64,000 nt of DNA, taken from assembly GCF_006345805.1 (NCBI RefSeq), contig NC_043002.1, positions 114,328,001 to 114,392,000 on the forward strand, in the 5' to 3' direction. The translations under genes were made by a program, and so were the position numbers. The notes beneath the pieces were generated by a model, which saw only the letters and a program-made list of their open reading frames with translations, was not told where the DNA came from and did not search any database. This document shows, piece after piece, positions 54,611-64,000 of the stretch (position 1 is the first letter of the stretch; each line of letters begins with the position of its first letter). The DNA is from Octopus sinensis (lineage: Eukaryota).

Positions 54611-54880
54611 GTGTCTGTGTATGTGCATGCGCGAGCGCGCACAGTGATGGCTGAAACCGAGGTTTGCTGATAAAGAAAAGCGCACCCGAAAAAAAGCAGC
54701 CAAGATAAGGATGTACACAGGGTCATCAAATGCAGTCGTTGCAACCAGAAGTGGCACTTCTGTGTGGGCTTCTGCATCCAGTACAGTTACTCGTCTACTA
54801 ATCCAGACATTCTCTCTCTCCCCCTCTCTCATACACACATATATTTACTTATGCATCTATATATGTACGTATGTAGGTAC

Positions 54881-54949
<69 letters not shown>

Positions 54950-55112
54950 TGTGTATGTGTGTGTATTTGTGTGTGCGCGGGCGCTGACCGAGTACTACTT
55001 AAGTTTTGGTAGTGGCTGACACCAGGAAGGAAAAAATATGTGCATATGGCCATATGCATGCATATATACCCGCATATATGCAAGACCTGCTTTTTGTGTT
55101 TACACACAGACA

Positions 55113-55151
<39 letters not shown>

Positions 55152-55855
55152 ATTTACACACATGTGTGCATAATATGTTAAGGAAAGAAACCGTTGAAGT
55201 TAAGTAAACGAGGAAGCCGTCCGACAAGAAAATCTATCACACACATACGCGCTCACACATACATACACACAGATGCACCATATACACAGATGCACACACA
55301 TAGACATAAACGCATGCGCTCTCACACTCATCATCATCAACGTACACGGGAACGGTACCGAAGAAATCATTTCCCTCAGCCCCGTTTGAATATGGGTTAT
55401 GTCGGAGCAGACGCAAGCTGAGTGGTAGGTCTGTTGATATACGTGTGCAATAGTTTCCAACGTACACCAGTCTTCACTACACAACGTTGGCTAAGTAATC
55501 TGAGATGCGTGATAATTAAATCCTTCAATTTTAATTTCTTCTAGGAAATACCATGTTATAAAAATATGAATATTAATTAATGCTTTGAATTACACAAACA
55601 TAAGTTGTTGACCATTCATTGCAATATATTATATCGCTATAATTCTTTTTAATTTGATATGGTTCCGATTGAACATGTTAACTTACATGCATAAATATAA
55701 TTATATGTAGCTGAATACATACACACATACATACATACACACATACATACATACATACATACATACATACATACATACACACATACATACATACATGCAT
55801 ACATACATGCATACATACATACATATATGAATATACAAATATATATACACACACA

Positions 55856-55920
<65 letters not shown>

Positions 55921-56689
55921 ATATGTATACACTTGGTAATAAGATACAAACGTACTCTACAGGGTATATCATAATTAGTTTTAGTGAAACATTTTCAAAA
56001 AAGTATTAGGCAAATGGTTGTATAAAGTATGAATTATTTTGGGCTATGGCATAATTTTATAAAGTGAGACAATACTTCTGAAACGCAATATAAAGGAAAT
56101 ATGCTTGATCTAAACTTGCAGAAAGACATCCGTTAGAGAACGTTCCGTTTTGAGGACTGCGTATCTCATCAGGTGGTGTAAAAAGACACAATTTCTTTGT
56201 GACCTGCAAGATGAGTTTTCATCTAGGAACCAAATGCATAAGTTCTCGGAAAGGACAATTGCGTGAAAGCTGACTTTTATACCCAACCGAAGCTGTTTTA
56301 CGAGATAAAAGAAAACAAAAACTAAATCGAAGTGCTCAACATAGATGTATATACATAACATATGTATCTTATATACATATATGTAGGTATATATACCTGT
56401 ACGTTAGATAATGTATATATGTATGTATGTATGCGTGTGTGTGTCTGTGTAACTGTGTCCGTGTGTGTCTGAATGTGTGTACACATTTATGCATTTGTAT
56501 TAAGAACGGGAACATGACAGGGCTCTATTTTTTACAGTATCAATTTGATCTGAGTCTCTTACTGTGATTATATACCCATCGGTCATTAGGCAAGTCTTAG
56601 GCAAATTTTGAAACGATTCTCAACGTATCTGACACTTATATCTCTGTAACAGGTGCATATTTTATCGTTGTATCAAATACTAAACCGTT

Positions 56690-57248
56690 GACGAGGGACA
56701 ACAATCCCGAAACTAGTTCGAGCGTATCACTCAGGCTTGCGAGGAAGGGATGGCCTCCCTTTGCAAATACTCCAAGGACACTGATATTGTGTCTAAAGCC
56801 AGCTAGAGACGAAGATCTCTTGGGGCTATAAAGCTACAGTAACACCCTCTCCCCAATGTGGTTAGCCATGATAAGATGGCTTCTATACTTTACATTATCG
56901 AGCGATTACTGTTTCAATCTCATTCTGAGATTTAATTATGCTTACTGTTCGTTTTTCGACATCAGTGGCAGACGCCATTAGAAAAACTTATATATATTTG
57001 CAAAGAAGCCTTCACTTTCATCGCGACCTGGTGGTTACCGCCCGTTAACGAGGGACAACAATCCCGAAACTAGTTCGAGCGTATCACTCAGGCTTGCGAG
57101 GAAGGGATGGCCTCCCTTTGCAAATACTCCAAGGGCACTGATATTGTGTCTAAAGCCAGCTAAAGACGAAGATCTCTTGGGGCTATAAAGCTACAGTAAC
57201 ACCCCCTCCCCAATGTGGTTAGCCATGATAAGATGGCTTCTATACTTT
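56690..57248 (+). mobile_element. Retrozyme-like element: 357-nt monomer plus 202-nt repeat, two hammerhead motifs, 15-bp TSD
   Basis: 56690-56891 is nearly identical to 57047-57248; AAATACTAAAC(C/T)GTT at 56675-56689 and 57249-57263. Confidence 0.8.
57039..57081 (+). ncRNA. Type-I hammerhead ribozyme motif (core-mutated); partner copy at 56688-56724
   Basis: CGCCCG-TTAACGA-GGGA-CAACAA-TCCC-GAAA-CTAG-TT-CGAGCG; the upstream copy has core TTGACGA. Confidence 0.7.
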
Positions 57249-58664
57249 AAATACTAAACTGTTATATGTTTAAGAAATTTATTCAATTATTTAAGGATAA
57301 ATGCCGACAATTTTGTGGCTGGTTTTCCGGCTCTCTCTCTCTTACTTCCTCCTGTGCCTCTCAAGTATTAAGTTTCCCAGTTCAGTTATTGCAGTATTTA
57401 GTTAACAATCGCCTTCCTCGTTTTTTGAACTTCGATAGACGGTGGTTTATGAAAAAGTTTACTGTCTGGTTATTCGATTCTGCTAATGCAGCACATATCT
57501 CAGAACCCTTTTTAGTTACAGGCTGTATATAAAATATCCAAAGGATTTGGCAGTTAATATTTTATGACAGGCATTGAATTTATCCATAATCTAGATACTT
57601 GATCTTAAATCAGCTTCTCCGCCTAATTGTAAGTCGTATTATATCAATGTAAGACGAATTATCTTTCTTTAGCTTCCAATGTTGAAAACAATTTATAATG
57701 AGGATATTGACCAGAAAGAGATGAGCTGCACCAGGCAGAATAAACTTAGATACTCTATATCAATATAGTCTCCAGTGAATTGTAGGAAGTCATCTAGCAA
57801 CACATTGGCATCGGTGTTTATAAAATGATGTGATTTAGACACTACTGTCAGACATAATTTTTCAAAAAACATTTTTTACTTAACAAATTAGATACAAATT
57901 ATGTTATCAATTATAAATGTCTTTCTATGTTTCTTTTGAACTAAAGCATAAAAATATCGATACGGCTATATTGGTTTGAAAATAGCTATTGAATTTATGA
58001 TATTGATCACTAATGCGTTCTATGACGACCGTTCCATTCTAGAAGAGATGGTGTTCAATGGAAATAAATTGACGTGGTTGGTGATTTTATGGTCAGAGAA
58101 AAATAGTTTCTCTTTTGTTTGATATATTGTTTAAGTTCTATCTATAACTTATGGGATCAGGTGCAACAAAGATATATTTCTAAGCTGTCTCTGCAGCCTT
58201 TAGAACAAAAATCGTACAAAAGCAACAAAGAATGAAATAAAATAACTCAATTGATAAGTCATAGTGTATTTGCGACGTATTATCAGAGTCAGGATGACCC
58301 AAAGAGAAAATATAATAAGCGTCAAAGAATCAAGCTTTCTTAACCCTAAAGGGTTGGCGTGTTTGATAGAAAAACAAAATACCCAAAAGGCAGCAATGAC
58401 GACACATGAGTATTCCGAACGACCCTGCTAATGATGATAAAATAAGTAACGGCCTTATAAATGAAGTAGATTCTATAGATTGTGACATTTCTTTCTTCAA
58501 TAGCCCTTTTGATGCCAATCCGCCTGGGGTCATTAGTTTTATGATTTGAACATTAACTTTTAGAGTGATTTCAGTTAAAATATTCCATCAAAGTTTCATC
58601 TAGATTTGTGTTTCAAATGCTAGATTAATAACGACAAAGATATATTACTAAATTCTTCATTAGG

Positions 58665-58950
58665 CATAGGCATGGCTGTATAGTTGGGAAGCTCGATTTG
58701 CAGCCACGTTGTCTCGGGTTCGGTCCCACTGCTCTGCGTCTTGGTCAGATGTCTGTTACTATACCCAACCAGTGCCTTGAGAGTAAATTTGGTAGGCGAG
58801 AACTGTATCGCTTGACAACAAAAGGACCGATAGAATAAGCATCAAACTTAGAAAGTATGTACTAGGGTCGATGTGTTCGACTAAAAACCTTCAAGGTGGT
58901 GCTCCTGCATGGCCACAATCCAGTGACTGAAACATGTAAAAGATAAAAGA
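58665..58950 (+). mobile_element. SINE family A, old with internal deletion
   Basis: GGCATGGCTGT head...GGTTCGGTCCCACTG...GACTGAAACATGTAAAAG. Confidence 0.7.
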
Positions 58951-59764
58951 TAATAGGAATTGTGCCTAGCTAATAAAATTTATAAATACAAATGACGATG
59001 ACTCTCTGCTAACACTAAATATATTACACTATTTAGTTTCTTTCCTTTGTGTTTCCAGATCAAATCCTGACAGAATTTCATTTCTTTGATATCGACAAAA
59101 CAAATATCAGTTATACATTGGGATTGCAACAATCGATCATGTTTTTTATTTCCCATACAAAATTGACCTTAGGTATGAGATAATCTTTATGTTTTTAAGT
59201 CGTTATGTTCTTCACCTTGATGTTAAAACGTTCTGAGCTCCAGTTCAAGTCGGGTCATCGACTTTGCTTTTCATTTCTCTATGAGTTGATATAATTGTTA
59301 ACAGTAATAAAATACTGGAGTCACTTTAGTTGGCTAAACCCTTCCCCAGAATGTGTAACCACGTGCAAATTTTAGATGACATTATGAACGGAACTTTTTC
59401 ACAAATAATCAGTTGAGAGGCGGATTAACAAGTTAAGCCGTCCCACCAAGAAAAAAGAATTTCGATCATGTTGTCACATGCAAGTTTTTTTTAATTTTTG
59501 TTTTATTATTTTTTTAATTCTTCGTAGATATTTCTTAAAACAAGAATTTAAATAGTAAAGAGATTTGAAATCGCCAGTCTCACGTAAGGCAAAGAGCGTG
59601 CTATGTCATCGATATAAAATAAGAGACTCAGTAACATCGCGGCTGATAGTAAAATATGTTTGATAAATACATACTCATACACACGATAACACGCTCAGAA
59701 TTTTACACATACAGACACGTCTAAACAGAGAAACAAATCTCTATTTAATAATAACCGGTACAAA

Positions 59765-59915
59765 AGTTCTTGGTTGGTTGGTTAGTTGATTGTTTGATTG
59801 GTTGGTTGGCTGGTTGGCTGGTTGGCTGGCTGGTTGATTGGCTGGCTGGTTAGTTGGTTGGTTGGTTGGTTAGTTGGTTGATTGGTTGGTTGATTGGTTG
59901 ACTAATTGGCTGGGG
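59765..59915. repeat. (TGGT)n degenerate tract
   Basis: Direct reading. Confidence 0.9.
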
Positions 59916-60286
59916 GGTTGATTACTCCAGTCACAGTTTAGAGAGGAGGGGAAGAGAGAGAAAGAAATAGAGAAACAGTAAATATGAGAGTTTGAGAGAG
60001 TTTACATAGATGCAGGATGAGTGCACATGCTACTCTTGGTGACAAGCAATGAGTAAAGGAAAGCTACACACAGCGAGAAATAAATAAGGATAAAAAACTG
60101 AAGAGAGGGCGAAGAAGGAAAAGGAAGAAGAAAAGGAAGAGGAAAAGGAAGAGGAGAAAAAGGAGGAGATGCAGGAGTAGGCGACAGAGTAATAGATATA
60201 TTTCCTTTGAACATTTGCATTCATTTCATCGTTCGGTAAATGCACGAAAATATTTGATAAAATTTAGATTATAGTTATTGCATGTA

Positions 60287-60449
60287 GGCGCAGGAGTGGC
60301 TGTGTGGTAAGTAGCTTGGTAACTAACCACAAGGTTCCGGGTTCAGTCCCACTGCGTGGCATCTTGGGCAAGTGTCTTCTGCTATAGCCCCGGGCCGACC
60401 AATGCCTTGTGAGTGGATTTGGTAGACGGAAACTGAAAGAAGCCTGTCG
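60287..60449 (+). mobile_element. SINE family A, 5' half ending in its TA tract
   Basis: GGCGCAGGAGTGGCTGTGTGG...GGTTCAGTCCCACTG. Confidence 0.88.
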
Positions 60450-60467
60450 AATATATGTATATATATG

Positions 60468-60498
<31 letters not shown>

Positions 60499-60692
60499 AT
60501 ATACAAAATTAGAGAATGGAGAAATATACTTAAATCAGTAAAACATCAACTATCCGATGATACTCAATCCATACTTTAATACACCATTACATATGAGTAA
60601 AGGCAATACATAAATGAAATGAGATATACAGTAATAGTAAAAAGATAAAGAGATATAAGTAAAAAATTTCAAATATAATATGCAAATAAATC

Positions 60693-60808
60693 AAAACTGA
60701 CAGCTGTTTCGGCAGTGAGGACAGTCATACCTCATTTAACCTATAAGCCATAAAGGCAGGTATAAATGAGGCATTAACAAGGATGCCCCACGGCCTCTTC
60801 AGAGAATT
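60693..60808 (-). ncRNA. Type-I hammerhead motif with intact core and ~85-nt stem II
   Basis: Minus strand CTGAAGA-GGC...GCC-GAAA-CAGCTG-TC; inner helix CCTCATTTA/TAAATGAGG. Confidence 0.65.
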
Positions 60809-61605
60809 AAATTAAATTTGTTATAATAGTGAAAAATATTATACAATCATATACATATAAATATAAAAATATAAAATGTAAAATATAAAACTTATACATC
60901 ATAAAGCTACACTTATATAATATAATACACATTTGTACAAAAAGGAAGGTAAACAGAACAAAATAAAACAAAATATATAATAGTGTATATATTAATATCA
61001 ATAAGTACCGATATTATACATATTTGGCTAATAGTTTTTTTTTATATATATAAAAAAAAGGCTAACATATATGGAGATGAAAATAATAATTAAATCCGTG
61101 GTACAGTTCATAAGATTCTAAAGCTATAAAAGTTAATAAAATATTACTATTAATAATAATAATAATAATAAAATAATAATAATAATAATAATAAAAAATA
61201 AAAAAATATAATAAAAAATAGATACAGTTAAGTTAGCACCAAGTCCATCCTTACAAGATCGAAATAACTATGAGTTAAGAAATGCTGACCACTAGGTAAA
61301 GAAAATATAGATTAATTCGATTGGCTATTGGTTTGAAATTTAAATCACAAAAGAAAATTATACGGTTGGTTAGTCAGGGACGCCAATATTCACACACGCA
61401 TCTACAGATCAATCGCACATACACACATAGTAATATGTAATATGCATACATTTATACACATACATAATTACAAGCAACAACTAGCACATAGATAAACAAA
61501 AAGGGAAGCAACTATGCTACAATTTAGTCCTTTAAAATTATAATTGTGCCTCAATAATAAAAGAAGAACCATCCATGCATTCCATAAAATATTTAATTTA
61601 GATAT

Positions 61606-62618
61606 TGGTCTACGAATAGGATTTTTACAAATAACATTAATTCTATAGGCAATCCTAATTCTGATAAGGATACTCTTTGGTTGATTATCCCATATGCAAT
61701 GCAGATTAAAACAAACATAGTGAGAGCTTTGCATAATGTTATTTTTAGGCATTTTGGTAAGGATAAGAATAAATTTAGTCCTTTAATTAACAACGGTACT
61801 GTTAGAGTGGGATATAGCATTACTCATAATCTAGCCACCATTATCTCCTCTTTTAATAACAGAAACTGGATCACTTCTATAAGGATAGAAAATTGAATTT
61901 AGACCAGGAAAACTTGCCCCTCTTCATTAATAATAGGAATAGAAACTTTCTTGGAACAAATGGGAACAACCTCCTTACTAATAATGAGTGCACCATACCT
62001 GTCAGAGATAATATAAATGAAATAGATCATACTACTACTACCAATACTAGTACTAGTGATAGGAATATAGCCGATAATGTGAAATTAACTCATTCGTTGA
62101 TTTTGGGTTTGGATGATGATAACAATTGTAACACTTATAATGTGAATAGTAGTATAGGGGTGTTGTCCAATTTTAGATTTCCTCATTCTGTTAATCTTTG
62201 TAATTGCAGAAATAAAAATAAATGTGTATTTGGTAATCAATGCCTCAGAAAGGAGGTAGTTTACCAATGCACTGTAGATACACAATTGAGTAGTAGGGTG
62301 TATATCGGGGCAACTATGAATAGCATAAAACAAAGATGGAATTATCACAGATATACTTTTAGGAATAAAAATAGAATGTACTCTACAGGGCTAAGTGCAT
62401 ACATTTGGGAGCTTAAAAATAAGAACTTAGATTTTAGATTAAACTGGAAAATACTAACTTCAGCACCTGTGTATAATGGAAAAAATAAAAAATGCTCTCT
62501 ATGTATTAATGAAATTTTCTTCATTATTAAAGCGGGTCGGCAAATTATTAACAACATTAATGAAAAAAACTTCTTTTGTATTCATAGGCTACCGTTCACC
62601 TTTTCTAGATTCAAATAG
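61606..62618 (+). pseudogene. PLE RT-thumb remnant plus Cys linker and GIY-YIG endonuclease (frameshift near 61895)
   Basis: IIPYA..KTNIV..RHF..TVRVGYS; CNCRNKNKC..QC, VVYQC..VYIG, RWNYH, STGLSAYIWELK, CSLC..E..FI, CIH. Confidence 0.9.
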
Positions 62619-64000
62619 AACTTAGCACTTCCACTATTATTAATTTTTTTTAACTCCCTTCTTTAACTAAATATACCTGTGGTCTTCTATAATTTCTAAA
62701 GTATACAATTTATATATTTTATAATTTTATAATTTTTATAGCTACATTTGTATAATAATTAATGGATGTGTCTAGTATTATTGGTTTCTTGTTTTTTGTA
62801 TGTGGGTTTTTGTTTGTTTTTTAAGAGAATTGCAACATGACATAAAATAACATATTCATTTTGGTACTTGCCTTGTAATGTGTGATTTTTGAAGTTTTCC
62901 AATATTGCATAGTATATTGCATAGTATATATATATATCTTGGGTAGATACCTAGCTCTGGATAATGTAATGATATTGTATAATATGTAATATATGAGAGC
63001 CTTTTGTGAGTTTGGTGGGTTTAGGTTGAGATTATAGGTTTTTTGTATGTGTTTATTTGGAAGGTTTTTATTGTATATTTGGTCTTTTTGTACTCACCTT
63101 AATTTGTATCTTATGCTATTCACTGATAAACCTTTTTCATTTTTTTCATTTTCTCATTTACATGCATTATGCTTTATAATTATTACCAGCCTCATATATT
63201 TAGTTTATATCTATAGTCTTCTGGATCTGTACTTTAAACTATCCTTCCATACATATTTACTTTCAACAATATAACATATATATTCACTCTATTTATTATT
63301 TTTATTTATTTCCCATTTTATTGTAATATTATCAATTTTTGCATCTAGTCTTCTATTTATTTATTATTTGCCTATTTAAGTGTAGATGTTTACATACATA
63401 TCAAGTCATCTAATTTGCTACCTATTTATTTTTTACTTATTTACTTATACTGGGGTAGTTTTATACATACATATCTATCATTTATTTTTATTTAATTTTA
63501 ATAATATATGAATACATATATACTGGTTTGTACTTATAATTATGTGTATAACCGTATTTATTCCTTCGTATTTATTCCTTCTTATTTATTTTATCTCTTT
63601 TCATCTTAAGTCTTTATAATATAAAATTTTTTTAAAATTTCTGTGATGTTCTAATAAGCGTTTACATTAATACTTCCCCTTCTATTCTTTAATGCCTAAA
63701 CTGGTATATTATGGCACTATATTTATTAAGTTAATAAGTGACTTATTTATAATATTTAAATTAATATATATTTTATATTTTATATTTTATAATTTAGCGT
63801 ACTTAAAACCATAACAAACTTACGATAAATCTAACAACCGTATGTTTACTCTGCAACAAACCGGTGTTATAAATTTTAAGTTACCCATGAAATAAGTATC
63901 TGACTTAGTAACATACTGATATTTAAAAATATATTTATATCTAAATTAAATATTTTATGGAATGCATGGATGGTTCTTCTTTTATTATTGAGGCACAATT

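Larger units (their letters stand above)
60503..64000 (+). mobile_element. 5'-truncated Neptune-type Penelope-like element with inverted pLTR; continues past the window
   Basis: GIY-YIG ORF on +; 63937-64000 is the exact reverse complement of 61542-61605; hammerhead on - inside the inverted segment. Confidence 0.8.

Noticed and set aside
57270-58080. Very old PIF/Harbinger transposase on the minus strand
   Set aside because: Only vague similarity; catalytic motifs are not recoverable by eye.

Overview
AT-rich, repeat-saturated eukaryotic DNA. The SINE families and very high microsatellite load point to a cephalopod, probably Octopus (inference). No host protein-coding gene could be identified with confidence; most long ORFs in the track are microsatellite translations. 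Mobile elements: a near-full-length R4/Dong-type RLE LINE (35565-39640, one reading frame with two nonsense codons) plus three related 3' fragments, all in (AAT)n or (CATA)n tracts; a complete IR/DR-type Tc1 element (13939-15493); mariner and hAT fossils; two non-autonomous Helitrons; a large foldback element; several Penelope-like (PLE, GIY-YIG) remnants; and many tRNA-derived SINEs with swappable tails. The most unusual signal is a set of type-I hammerhead-ribozyme-like motifs. Two of them lie in small (~350-nt monomer), more-than-unit-length, differently phased and mutually homologous elements (56690-57248 with a 15-bp TSD; 33677-34108) that look like circular-RNA-derived retrozymes. A 480-nt unit present as two permuted copies in inverted orientation (48771-49808) may belong to the same kind of system. 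All coordinates and alignments were read by eye.
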